From Eledone cirrhosa (lineage: Eukaryota): a stretch of 64,000 bases of DNA. The position numbers and the translations under genes were made by a program. The notes below the pieces were generated by a model. That model was not told where the DNA came from, ran no database searches, and saw only the letters and a list, made by a program, of their open reading frames with translations. The stretch covers positions 2,294,001-2,358,000 of the forward strand of contig OZ024760.1 in assembly GCA_964016885.1 (NCBI GenBank), written 5' to 3'. This document shows positions 1-11,609 of this stretch, one piece after another (the stretch's first letter is position 1; the number at the start of each line of letters is the position of its first letter).

Positions 1-107
1 AAATCAAAGAATGAGTTTTACAATAGATTGGAAGCACTCAACAGAATGGTTTTCCCGAGTTATTAATATTAATTCAAAATATTAATAAAAATAGAACTTC
101 TTGTGTA

Positions 108-174
108 TATTTTATTATACATATTTCAGAGGTACTGAGCTAACTTCAACAATACGTCCTCATCAGATAAAATA
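108..174 (-). ncRNA. Type I hammerhead ribozyme fold, family A, intact core
   Basis: Reverse complement reads tattttat-CTGATGA-ggacgtattg[ttgaagttagct]cagtacctct-GAAA-tatgt-ATA-ataaaata. Stem I is 8 bp perfect, stem II pairs 9/10 with a C-C mismatch at position 4, stem III is short, and the triplet is AUA. Confidence 0.75.
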
Positions 175-200
175 AGATGATGCATGACATACCCTGACAT

Positions 201-267
201 TATTTTATCTGTTGAAGATGTACTGTTGAAGTTAGCTCAGTACCTCTGAAATATGTATAATAAAATA
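201..267 (+). ncRNA. Hammerhead fold, family A, core mutated to CTGTTGA; inverted partner of 108-174
   Basis: tattttat-CTGTTGA-agatgtactg[ttgaagttagct]cagtacctct-GAAA-tatgt-ATA-ataaaata; (TA)n begins at about 311. Confidence 0.6.
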
Positions 268-307
268 TACTTGATCACAAGAAGCTCTATTTTTGTTAAT
301 ATTTTGA

Positions 308-310
<3 letters not shown>

Positions 311-386
<76 letters not shown>
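311..386. repeat. (TA)n-(GA)n compound microsatellite
   Basis: Directly visible. Confidence 0.95.
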
Positions 387-393
<7 letters not shown>

Positions 394-509
394 AGATTGG
401 AAATAGCATGGAAAATATATTTAAAGGTCTGTTTTTCTTTTTTTTCCTTTCTAGTGACATTATTGAAAAGATGACATTATTGAAAAAATGAGAGGGACAA
501 TTCTTTTAA

Positions 510-558
510 AAAAGAGTTTTATAATGTATATACTTTATATACATTATAAAACTCTTTT
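510..558. repeat. Perfect hairpin with 23-bp arms and 3-nt loop, inside a wider inverted repeat (about 382-405 vs 558-581)
   Basis: aaaagagttttataatgtatata-ctt-tatatacattataaaactctttt; agagaaaaggtgagattggaaata matches the reverse complement of tatttccaatctcaccttttctct. Confidence 0.85.
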
Positions 559-1678
559 ATTTCCAATCTCACCTTTTCTCTATAGCCACTGTTTTGTATC
601 GAACCTTACTTCCCTTTTCAAATATATATATATATATATAAATATCTTTTAACATTCACATGACCTCTACCGACCAATCAAAATTGTTTTGACCACAAGA
701 ATTTTTGCAACACGAATTGGCGCAAAACTTATTTTAATACATCTGGAGCCACTTTTTTCACATAAAACAGGTAGAATTTCCAAAACTAATCAGATTAGAG
801 CAAACATCACGGGCGCTCTATCTCAAAATTATTTTTGAAAAGTATTAGAAATGCGCAACCGGTAAAACTTAAAACCAAAACTGAATACTAACCAATACTA
901 TTACTAATTTTTACTTATTCCTAATTAAACTATTTTTCACTGGGAACAATTTGTCAGCATTTTCTTTTCCGTTTACCAATATATATATATATATATGAAA
1001 TATATACATATATACATATCTATATACATATACATAGAGACATATATAAGCCCAATTATTTAACCACTAAGCCATGCACCTTCACACAGCAACAATAACA
1101 ACAAGAACAAGAACTTACCCACTTGGAGATATACCAAAAGAACCCCGTGCAGCAACAGCACTAAACTTTGACATCTTTCCATATTTCTGTGGACTCGACG
1201 GTAAGGAATGTCTTTGGCTTTTTATTATCAACTGCTTACCATCCTCCCCATCTTCCCCCCCTTCCTCCTCCTCTTCACCTTGTACATCTTCAAAGCCTCC
1301 CTTTTGCCAAATACCAACAGAACCATCCGGTGCATTGTATGTGAGTTCAAAGTCAACTTTTGTCTGAAAAGTAAAAAAAATAAAAATAATAATAACAAAA
1401 ATAATAAAAATATAATAATAATAATAAAAATAATAATAATGCTTTCTTTATTAACCGCAAGGGTTTACATAAAGTAGACATTAAGGACAGTACAGGACGG
1501 TACAAATGGGCATTTCTGCATGTAAAAAAAACCAGAGGATGTAATAAAAAAATAACAATGAAAAATTCCCCAATAGGGGGGAGACTACGGAGGGACATTT
1601 GTGGAGAAAGCCCAGTAAAAGGCCACAGTGACCCTGACCAACAAGGCAAGTGCCCTCTCCCAGTTTTCCACTTTTAAT

Positions 1679-4600
1679 TTACGGATATGTACTCAGAGTA
1701 GGCCCATTCACTCGGGCCATTCTTGCTTCTCTCACCCATCTTTCAACAAAATGCTGGGAAGAGAGCACTTTCCTCTCTACCCTGATTTTCCTTTTCAAAT
1801 GAAATTTGAAAAAGTCAATCAGGGCATCACCGAAGTGGTAAGTGCTCGTCTTCAGCCCTTTCAAACATGTCCACCATACTATCTCTTTTGCCATGGCCAC
1901 CAGACAGATAAAAACTGCCTGCCCTTCCCGGCTAAAGGAAGAGGGCGGGGAAATCCTCACGATGGACTCAGATGATAGCCGGATCCGTCCTACACGCGAC
2001 AGCAGGTGTTCGACATAAACCCACAAGTCAGCAATTTTCGGACACTGGACGAGTGCGTGCAGGACGGTTTCGTCGCCCTGCGCGCATCTCGGACATGCCC
2101 GGCTGACGGCACCTCCATGCCTGTAGAGTTTATCCCGAACTGGCAAGGCTCCTCGGTAGCACTGCCAAACCAGAGATTTCTGGAAGTTGTCCATAGGTCC
2201 CGGCCCGAAAGTTCTTCCGAAGAGATTGGCTAGTTGATTTTCGTCGACGCCTAGAGTTTCCCCAAGTACGTCGTCGCTCTTCCCCTCCACTAATCTTCTA
2301 TAGAACGCCGAGGTGGAGTTTCCACCGATCACATTGCCCGATTGGTCGAGGGTTGTGAGCGCCTGAAAGACATTCCAGTCTCCAGGCGTTCCCTCTCGGT
2401 CTTCGCTTGACCCAGGACTGCAGCTCCGTCAAGGAAACGAGCTGGGGAAATACGTGTCTAGCAAACGACGACCACACCTGATCACCGTCGAGGAAGAGGT
2501 GGAGATGTCGTAGCCTGAGCGCGTGTCTGCGCATCATCAGCCACGGCATTCCCAACCCTCCACGTAGCGGGTGTTGACAGCAGATGGACCGCCTGATCAT
2601 CGGAGTGCGTCCCTTCCACAAAAAGCGATGTACGCGTTAGCCACCTCCGCTCGACCTTTCAGGGATAGTTTCCTCTCCACCCATTTCTGGGTGAGAGAAG
2701 CCACCCTGCTCGTCACCTCGTCCCAGTTTTTGTCCGTCTGGAGGTCCGGACCGAACCAGACCCCTAGCAATTTAACCGGTCCGTCCGTCCAGCGTCCGAC
2801 GACGTTGTTGGACGGCATGGACCTGCCTCTCCAGGTGCCGAGCTGCAGGCCCATTAACTTTTCCTGGTTGATCATTGCTCCTGTCACCGCTTCGTATTCT
2901 CTTAGTGTAGTGTCGATCGCTCGATGTGTTTGGCGTTCGACACCACTACGGTGACATCGTCCGCATATGGTGACATCGTCCGCATATGGTGACATCGTCC
3001 GCATATGGTGACATCGTCCGCATATGGTGACATCGTCCGCATATGCTGACACGGATCTTCCGCATCCTAGTTCGCGCGGGACGCCCCTCAACGTCTCCAG
3101 TTTGTGCAGTAATGGCTCGAGAGTCAATACGTACAAGAGGGACGAGAGGGGACATCCTTGGCGGACCGAACGCATGATGTTGAACGGTTCCGAAAGGTGA
3201 CCATTCACTCTCACCACAGAGCAGATGTCGCTGTGCATGGCAGCGATCGAGCCTCTGAAGACGGGCCCAAAGCCAGCCGCCCTCAGGACTGCCGCTAGGT
3301 AACGATGGTCGACCCTATCAAAAGCTTTCGACTGATCTAAATTGATCAAGGACCCACCCGTGCCAGGTTCCCTAGCTACCCTCTCTACGATGTATCGCAT
3401 GAGGTGGAGTTTGTTGTGGATGGATCTGTCGGGAATGGCGCATGTCTGCGCCTCTCCCACCAGACCACCAATGACAAGCGCCAACCTCTTTGCTAGCACC
3501 TTGGCCAAAATCTTGAACTCTGTTTAGCAGAGTTATGGGCCTGAAATTATCTATGTTATCCCCTTTGTTCGGATCCTTTCTCAGCAGTGACACCGCTCCT
3601 CGGCTCACAGAGCTGGGAATTCTCCCGTTCTGTTGCCAGTTGCAGTAGACGTCCGCCAAGAGGCCTCCGAACAAGTCTGGCATCTGTACGTAAATTTCAT
3701 AGGGCAGACCATCCAAACCAGGCGATTTACCCCTTGTGCAGCCAGTCATTGCCTCTCGTACTTCAGCGGCTGTTATCGGCTTTTCGCAACACTCCGCCTC
3801 AGTGGCCGAGAGCCGCGGCAGTCCGTCGAGGTAGACACTAAAGTCCATCCATCTACCCGGCCCACCGCTGCGCCCGAACAGCTGAGCGAAGTGTTGCTGA
3901 AAAGCTTCACACATTTGCCCGGGATCGAGTAGCATGCGCCCGTCGTGGTCCACCAAAGACCGGATCGTGGCTTTGTTGCCACGACGCGTCTCCGCCACTC
4001 GGGCCCATTGAACGGCTTTCGTCCCCTCGTGTCTGAGAGCACGCACCCTAGCTCTGACAACGCAGCCTTCGTGCTTTGCATTGAAGAATTGGTCAAGGGC
4101 CAATTTCGCCGCAAGCACGTCGGTCGCGATGCCTTTGCTAAGCGCCTCGTCTAATTTTCTAACTAGTTCTCCCTCTGCTCTATTTTTCTCTATTGCTAAA
4201 GCCTTACTAAACCTAATGGATTCTATTCTAATCGCTCTTTTCAGAGCAAACCACCACTTGTTGTTGACGATGGCCCCCGTCAACGCCCGCTTAACTAGTT
4301 CGCTAATCCGGTCTCTGTAGGCCTTGCGCGCTGGTAAGGACGCGTTTAGCTTCCAGTAGCCGGGTCCTCATCTATGAAGCCTATCTAAGTCAAGCACACA
4401 GATCACGAATTTGTGGTCCGTGTAACTGACTATCTTGAATTGTAGACAGCCTATGCTAGACCTATCTATTTCCCTACAAAATACTCTATCTAGATATGAT
4501 CTGGATGACCCTATGCGATTTGTCCAAGTCCACATTGGCACATTCGGGAAATCCAATCGGTACCTGTCAGACAGTTCAAAACGCCTGAGCAGGTTGGTGA

Positions 4601-5094
4601 GGCTCTTGCACCCTCCACCCCTATCCGCTAATCCCACACAGTCCCAGCGTGCATCTAAGATCCCGTTCCAGTCGCCCACTAACACTAAAGAGCGGGACGT
4701 TCCAAGAAAGGTCTCCAGACGCAGGAAGAAATCAGGCCGCCCTGCTCCTGTCGGGGCATAGACGGCCACTAGCCTGAAAGCTTGCCCGTCTCCGCTGGTC
4801 ACGTCCAGCACCACCAACTTACCCTCTGGGTCCAGGAAGATGGCCCGTATTGGCGAGATCCAAACCTCTCCGAAAAAGCACAGCAACTCCTCCCCCCGAT
4901 CCAGGACGGCTGGGAGATGCGTACACATCGTAGCCGCCGAAGATCGGTGCGAAGGCCCGTGCTTCGGAGATTCTGGTCTCGCTGATGGCCACTACATCTA
5001 TGTTTAGTGACCTGAGGTCGTTGAGCAGGTGACCCTGCTTCCATGACGACCCAAAGCCACGCGCATTTATGTTGCCTATTCTGAGTGAGGTCAT
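1679..5094 (-). pseudogene. Tx1-like ORF2 (APE endonuclease, reverse transcriptase, C-terminal Zn-binding domain), broken by several frameshifts
   Basis: Motifs LRIGNINARG, DVVAISET, VAVYAP, LVGDWN, SYLDRVF, TDHKFV, KSPGLDGLP, NFRPITLLN, DQSKAFDRVDH, VRQGCPLS, YADDVT, LLGVWF and CPRC..DETVLHALVQC, spread over ORFs 4819-5094, 4368-4928, 3372-4283, 2597-3508, 2298-2621 and 1679-2332. Confidence 0.92.
2950..3044. repeat. 5 x 19-bp tandem repeat covering the YADD codons of the RT
   Basis: ggtgacatcgtccgcatat repeated five times; the minus strand encodes YADDVT. Confidence 0.95.
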
Positions 5095-5129
5095 GTTTAA
5101 AATGGAGTGGAAAAGATGGGAAACACCAC

Positions 5130-7050
5130 TTACCGTACTTTTCGTAGAGGAAGGATGGTTTCTCCATCCCTTTTCACTTGATCGTCTGGTGAAGGGACCG
5201 TTGAATCGTCCCTTCGGCTGGTCGTCGGCTCTTCTATGAGTATGTCCGAATATACTCTCCGGTTGAGAGTCCCTCCTAGGTCTCTGAAATCACCAACTGC
5301 GTTGGGGAATTTCGTTTTAATGTTTGTGTATTGTTTCTGTGCTATTTTTACCAGTCGTATGTTCGTTGGCGTTTTGATTGGTGCTGGTATTATGTAGTCG
5401 TGCTGTGAAATGTCTGTGTTCAATTATGTAAGTCATTAGTTTCTTGTTGTGTGTATTTATTGCCGTGCATTTGTTTTTCTGGGTGTGGGGTGTGGTTCTG
5501 CTATTTTTTGTCGTTGTTGCTGGGTGTGTGTGTTTTGTTGTTGTGTTTGCGATGTTGGTGCTTGTGGTGGTGGTGTTGAAGTTGTTGTTGTTGTTGGCGG
5601 TGGGGTTGTCGCCGGTGGTGATGGTGGTGCTAGTGTGGATGGTGATGGTGTTGGTGGTGTTGCTGCTGTGAGTCTCTTTGCAGTAGCCTTTACCCTTTTT
5701 TCATTTCTTTCCTCCCTTTTCGAAGGCGACGATGCGCTGCTTCTGCGTTTGTGCCTTCTTACAACCTTTTGCCATCCCTCTCCCACCTCACACTCCATGT
5801 CTGATTCTGTGAGGTCAGGGAGGGGTACCAGCTCCACTCTTTCACTTGTTGTTGTTGGTGATGTTTGCAGTGGAGTCTTTGTTCCAGCTGCATTTGGTAT
5901 TACTGTTGTTGTTGTTAATACTTCCACTGCTGCTGCTGTTCTTGATTTCCGTGGCGGGGGTATGGGTGCCACGGACCTATCGTTCCTGGTTGCCGCTTGT
6001 CCTGTTGCTGGTAGCCGTGGAGCCGGTTTCGGAAGGAGGGGGGTTTTCTCCTTTCTCAGGGTCTTCTCGTTGCAGAAGGCCCTGAGGTGAGTCTTCGATC
6101 CACAGCGAAAGAATTTCGGGCGTTTGCCCTCAACACTTATGGGCAGTTGAGTGCCGTTATCGAAGTCTATCACATCCGGGATAGCTTCGATGCACTCCTG
6201 GTTGGTTTGGATTAACATCTCAATGGAGGTGCCGACCCAATCTTCTCTTACTTTTTTCTGTACTTGCAGTACAGTTGTTTTGTCCTCATTCCGACGAGGA
6301 CAGACGCGGCCAGCCAAGAAGGGGCCATCCCGGGGGAGACGTGGGTCAGTTTGACACTCACAATTTTTTGCCCGCAGTAGGAGGGCACCAACACCATTTC
6401 CTTGCTCCTTAGGGTCACTAAGGATTGAGCCTTTGCCTCCTGGGGTGTGGCAAAAAGCACGTCTACGATGGCATATTTCTTGCCTCGGGTGATATGCGTT
6501 TTCCGCTGCCACACAGACCCTAAGGCTTTTTGTATTTGAGCCTCTGTGGCTCTTTCAACCCTACGGGATTTTGTGCTTACTGTTCGGTATGTTACCGTAC
6601 AGTGCTGTTGGGTTTCGAAAAATGTTTCGGCTGCCTTGCAGATTGCTCGGTGTCGGGTTTTCGTCACCATCTTCTTTGCTTCCTGTAATTCCTCATTTGT
6701 TATAAGGATGGCTTCCAGGTTCTTTGTGATACCCGCAAACGAGATTGGTTTTTCTTTCTTGTTATTTTTGTTGTCGGCAGAGCTGCTGTTACTTTTATTG
6801 TTGCTGCTGGTATTACGACTACTGCCTCCGCTGTTGCTGTGGTTGTTGTTTTTGCTGCTGCTGTGGTGTTGTTTATGCTGCTGCTGATGGTGTTGCGGCT
6901 GCTACTATTGTTTTCCTTGTCACTGTTGCTGCTGCTGCTGTTATTACGGCTGCTACTGCTATTATTCATGACGTCAGAAGAATGAAATGGGTTTTCGTAT
7001 TTACCGCACACCTTTTTCGTCATTGTCGTCGTCGTGGAGAAATGATCCAT
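5130..7050 (-). pseudogene. Tx1-like ORF1 (gag-like, degenerate zinc knuckle, Pro/Thr-rich tail), frameshifted
   Basis: EGKRPKFFRCGSKTHLRAFC resembles a CX2CX4HX4C knuckle with the first Cys lost. Pieces lie in ORFs 6248-6670, 5457-6512 and probably 5130-5423, directly upstream of ORF2. Confidence 0.75.
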
Positions 7051-7480
7051 GATTTTCACGTGATTTTTCTTGACTGGCGTCGCTTGCGAAAGAGAAGGGA
7101 GGGAGAGAAACACATTTAGAGAAGGGAGGGAGAGAGACAATCTTCTCTCTGCTGTAGTGACGATTGAGGAAGAAGGAATGAGTGGGAGTGACCTATGAAA
7201 ATTCTTTTTCGTGGCCATGTTTTTTTTCGTTTAAAATAAATATTGGGCACAAAACCCCAATAAGCGTTTATTTAACCCCGAAGGGCCAAATAACGGGCAG
7301 AAAGACCCCTCTCACGAGGAGGAGGGTGTTTTTGTTTACAATTTGGTTAAAGTTTTAAACAATTTAAAATTGTTATAGTGGTCAAAATTTACAATACCTT
7401 ACAGAGCCGAGCCTCCGTCAACCATGGCATTCAATAATAATAATAATAATAATAATAATATAAATAATAAAAATGATAAT

Positions 7481-7738
7481 GCTTTCTTTATTAACCGCAA
7501 GAGTTTACACAAAGTAAGACATTAAGGACAGTACAGGACAATACAGGACGGTACAAATGGACATTTCTGCGTGTAAAAAAAGCAAAAAAAACAGAGGATG
7601 TAACAAAAAAGGAACAATGAAAAATTCCCCAATAGGGGGGAGACTTCCGAGGGCCATCGTGGAGAAAGCCCATTAAAAAAGTCACGGTGACCCTGACCAC
7701 CAGGGCAAGTGCCCTCTCCCAGTTTTCCACCTTCATTT
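7481..7738 (-). mobile_element. 3'-UTR fragment of the same Tx1-like family, a diverged direct repeat of 1441-1680
   Basis: gctttctttattaaccgcaa...aaaaattccccaatagggggg...gccctctcccagttttccac is shared with 1441-1680 and also abuts (aat)n. Confidence 0.9.
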
Positions 7739-7868
7739 TATCGGCCCCGTAAGGATGAAAGGCAAAGTTAACCTCGGCAGGATTTGAACTCAGATCGTAA
7801 AGGGACGTAACTCTATGCTGTAAAGCAAGGCGTTCGACCCTCCACCGATACTGCCAATCCACCGCCCT
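7735..7868 (-). mobile_element. tRNA-derived SINE family 2 (Meta-type central domain), partial
   Basis: Minus strand has tggcagtatcggt (A-box-like), gagttcaaatcc (B box) and gcctttcatccttacgggg. Confidence 0.8.
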
Positions 7869-8009
7869 AATAATAATAATAATGATAATAATAATGATAA
7901 TAATAATAAAAATAAAATAAAAAGATATTTTTAATGGAATGTATGTTTATATGTATATATGTATGTATATATATATGGATGTATGTATGATCCCATATAC
8001 AAATATATA

Positions 8010-8181
8010 TCATCTTCATTATCATCGTTTAATGTCCATCTTCCACACTAGCATGGGTAGGACAGGTTGACCCTCAGGGAGAGAATCAAGTCAGAGGACC
8101 ATGTTTAGCTCACCCGGGGCAGATTTTGGCTTGGTTTCTACAGCTGGATACCCTTCCTAATGCCAACCACATTTACAGTGT
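8010..8181 (-). mobile_element. RTE LINE 3'-UTR/tail fragment
   Basis: Matches the reverse complement of 19310-19476 (ttaggaaggg.atccagctgtagaaa...cccatgctag.gtggaag). Confidence 0.75.
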
Positions 8182-8295
8182 CTGATTGCAAACCCAACGC
8201 TCCAACCACAAAGCTATACTCCTTCAATATAAGCAGTGTACTCCATTAGAAATAGGCAGTGAAATGGCAGAGTCGTTAGCACGTCAAATAAAATG

Positions 8296-8327
<32 letters not shown>

Positions 8328-8329
<2 letters not shown>

Positions 8330-8657
8330 AGGCACATGGCTTAGTGGCCTTGCAATCGAAAGGTTGTGAGTTCAATTCTCAGACCGGGTGATGTGTTGTT
8401 TCCTTGAGCAAGACACTTTATTTCACATTGCTCCAGTTTACTCAGCTGTAGAAATGAGATGATAGGGACTGGGGTCCATATCATTCCACTGCAAAGTGGT
8501 CGTGGAGGTGCCACGGCAAAAAAGCACCCAGCACTCACTGTAAATGAGGTTGGTGTTAGGAAGGGCATCCAGCTGTAGAAATCAAGCCAGAATCAATTCC
8601 CGTCCCACCCTTGCAAGCAGGGAAAAAGCGGACGTAAAATGAAATGAAAATGAATGA
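8328..8657 (+). mobile_element. tRNA-derived CORE-like SINE (family 1) with RTE-derived 3' tail
   Basis: A box tggcttagtgg, B box gagttcaattc, CORE-like tccttgagcaagacactttatttcacattgctccagtttactcagctgt; the tail is nearly identical to LINE 3' UTR 19215-19355. Confidence 0.88.
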
Positions 8658-9037
8658 TATATAAAAATTTTTTTGCATAGCTGGTACTGGCAGTAAACTT
8701 TATACTTGCACCGTAATTACCTCCCTTAGCATACCATTCTCCTTTCACCGTGTTTATACCTTTAATATTTAAATTTAATATGCACAGCGATGTAAAGAGG
8801 AAGAAATCTAGTTATGTAACTTACCTTCATAGCAACATTATTACTATCGAGAAGAGTATCCGACACCTCAATGTGGCCGACTTCAATAAGTTCTTGAAGA
8901 ATGATACGGAAGGTGCCAATCAATCTGCAAATGGTCAGAGAATCCCTTGTAAAAATATGGTTAAAATACAGACACAGGTACTTCACACAAATATGCACAT
9001 ACAAACACCTTTATATATATATATATATATACTAGAT

Positions 9038-9404
9038 CAGTGCTACTCAAAGTGATAGTCCGCGGACTGGTGCCGCGGACTGGTGCCGTACGTGAGCCAT
9101 TAGCTACCGGTACACAGCCAGTGTCCAGGCCATGCTAAGGAATCATTTTTTATTATATTCATTATATATATCGTTTCCAGTATAAATTAATTGTTTCTAC
9201 TTTTGGCACAAGGCCAGCAATTATCCAGTACATTACTGGTACTTTATTTTATCAACCCCGTAAGGATGAAAGGCAAAGTTAACCTCGGCCTTTCATCCTT
9301 ACGGGTTTCCAGTATAAATTAATATTACTACGAAATATTAGCGGTACGTGGCACATTGAAAACAAAATGCCGGTCCGCCACATCAGATAGTTTGAGAAGC
9401 ACTG
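9038..9404. mobile_element. hAT/Charlie-like MITE with a nested SINE
   Basis: TIRs cagtgctactcaaa / tttgagaagcactg; 8-bp flanks tactagat / cactagag resemble the NTCTAGAN target. Confidence 0.75.
9190..9306 (-). mobile_element. Family 2 SINE 3' part with fold-back 5' end and 18-bp TSD
   Basis: tttccagtataaattaat occurs at 9174-9191 and 9306-9323; cccgtaaggatgaaaggc...gcctttcatccttacggg is inverted. Confidence 0.8.
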
Positions 9405-9774
9405 CACTAGAGTACCTGTCACCTGTTGGGTCACGTTCACTTAAAAATATTGTTTTAAAATCATATTCACTTAAAAATAATTTTTATAAAATGAAAATAT
9501 ATACAGACATGTATACAATGTGAAATGAAATTTTCAATCTCTTCTCTCACAACCAATCTATCTTTCTTGCTCTCTATTTATGAAGGTACCCAGGAAAACC
9601 ACATATCTCGGGAACCTGTACTCCGATTTATGTGAAACTTGTTTTATTCCATTTGTATTCCCATTTCAAGGACAAATTCTTTTCAAAGTATTTTCCCATT
9701 ATGCGCCATTTTGGCTGTATTAAATTACAGACAAGCACACAATCACACAGAGTTTTAGTTCTATATAAATATAT

Positions 9775-10685
9775 CATTATCATCCGGCAGCCTCAGCTGA
9801 AATCCACTCAACAATTGATCTCCACGTGGGTCTGTCGTTCATTGTCGCTGCCAAGTCCTGGATTTCAATACCAGAATCTCTGGAGATGACATCGGGATAG
9901 GAGAGCTTGTGCCCCCTTTTATTAGTGACTGCTTGTGGTTTCCAAAGCACTAATGGTGACACAGCTTCGTAGGTGGCACAATGGCAGTCGCCAGCAAATC
10001 GTGATAGAAGAGCTTGTGGCCCCTGTTATTAGTTACTGCTTGTGGTTTCCAAAGCACTGATGGGGACACAGCCTCGTAGGTGGCACGATGGCAGTGGCCA
10101 GTAAATTAGGATAGGAGAGCTTGCGCCCCCTGTTATGAGTGACTGTTTGTGGCTTCCAAAGCACTGATGGGGACACAGCCTCATAGGTAGCACGATGGCA
10201 GTGGCCAGCAAATCGAGATAGAAGAGCTTGTGGCCCCTGTTATTAGTGACTGCTTGTGGTTTCCAAAGCACTAATGGGGACACAGCCTCATAGGTGGCAC
10301 GATGGCAGTGGCCAGCAAATCGGGATAGGAGAGCTTGTGGCCCCTGTTATTAGTTACTGCTTGTGGTTTCCAAAGCACTAATGGGGACTCAGCCTCATAG
10401 GTAGCACGATGGCAGTGGCCAGCAAATCGAGATAGAAGAGCTTGTGGCCCCTGTTATTAGTAACCTCTTGTGGTTTCCAAAGCACTAATGGGGACTCAGC
10501 CTCGTAGGTGGCACGATGGCAGTGGCCAGCAAATCTTACTCTCCTTTTACGTACAACGACAGATCTGCGTGGGAGGCCAGCATATCTCTCTCAAAGTCAG
10601 ATGTCACCAGATTGTGTTCTGAATGTGTTGAAGCAGGTGAATGTAAGTGCCATCAAAGTAGTATTAGTAGTAGTAGTAGTATTAG

Positions 10686-10744
<59 letters not shown>

Positions 10745-10812
10745 TAGGTGCCATCAAGGTGCTTTTGTTGTTTGGATGAAAGCGTCCATATTTCAGTTCC
10801 ATATAGCAAGAT
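9775..10812 (-). mobile_element. 3' fragment of an RTE/RTEX-like LINE ORF2 with internal tandem amplification and an (ACT)n insertion
   Basis: LYGTEIWTLSSKQQKHLDGTY ... RRVRFAGHCHRA ... YPDVISRDSGIEIQDLAATMNDRPTWRSIV. Confidence 0.8.
9890..10535. repeat. 6 x 107-bp tandem array derived from LINE coding sequence
   Basis: gtggtttccaaagcact (one variant gtggcttcc) recurs at 9935, 10042, 10149, 10256, 10363 and 10470. Confidence 0.93.
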
Positions 10813-11228
10813 TGGTTGAATTGTGACTTGGAAGGAATAAATAGATATAAATACACATATTCACCAACTCCTGGCAACTCCTTATTTATAGTGATTGACT
10901 ATTCTTATCATAGTCACTTACATTTGGAAGACTACATTTCAAATTTCCAAGTCAACAAGTTTTCTCAAGTCAACAAAGCATTCAAATTTGGTAAATTTAT
11001 TTATATAATACATTTTATAAAGTGGCTGACATGAGGGAGGGCATGTAACTATAGAAACCATGCCAAATTACAACATAGCAGAATATGTCTTAGAAAGTGA
11101 CAGCCTTTCCAACCCATACCAACATGGAGAAGAGACATAAAATATAGATGATGCTTGTGTGTGCATATGTATACATACATACACACAGAAACATTGTCAT
11201 ATACTATAATATAACAATATACTACATC

Positions 11229-11259
<31 letters not shown>

Positions 11260-11260
<1 letters not shown>

Positions 11261-11445
11261 ACAACTGTAATTTGAGTTTTTCGAATATTAATAATAACAT
11301 TCGATTCTTTTGCAATTATGCAAACAAGCCTCAATTTTATAGCCATATCAGTAGAATCAACCCTTCATTGAGGCTTGTTTGCATAATTGCAAATGAATCG
11401 AATGTTATTATTAATATTCGGAAAACTCAGATTACATTTGTTGTA
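11260..11445. repeat. Imperfect inverted repeat with about 75-bp arms between (TA)n tracts
   Basis: gaatattaataataacattcgattc...tgcaattatgcaaacaagcctcaat matches the reverse complement of attgaggcttgtttgcataattgca...gaatcgaatgttattattaatattc. Confidence 0.85.
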
Positions 11446-11472
11446 TTCAGCCATGTAGAGCAAAATTCTCTT

Positions 11473-11522
<50 letters not shown>

Positions 11523-11609
11523 ATATGTATATGTTTGTTTTGAAACAGCGAGCAAGTTCAAAATTAGAAATAGAAGCTTTCACCATATTTTTTTTATTAA
11601 AGAAATTTT

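Larger units (their letters stand above)
1441..7432 (-). mobile_element. Apparently full-length L1/Tx1-clade non-LTR retrotransposon (ORF1+ORF2, frameshifted), flanked on both sides by (ATT)n
   Basis: Ordered minus-strand ORFs give a gag-like ORF1, APE endonuclease, RT and a C-terminal Zn-binding domain. The 3' end is aataaagaaagc followed by (att)n, and the 5' end abuts (aat)n at 7433-7480. Confidence 0.9.

Noticed and set aside
1441-7738. Direct repeats at 1441-1680 and 7481-7738 as LTRs
   Set aside because: The enclosed ORFs are APE-RT non-LTR type with no integrase or protease, the repeats are diverged, and they correspond to the LINE 3' UTR.
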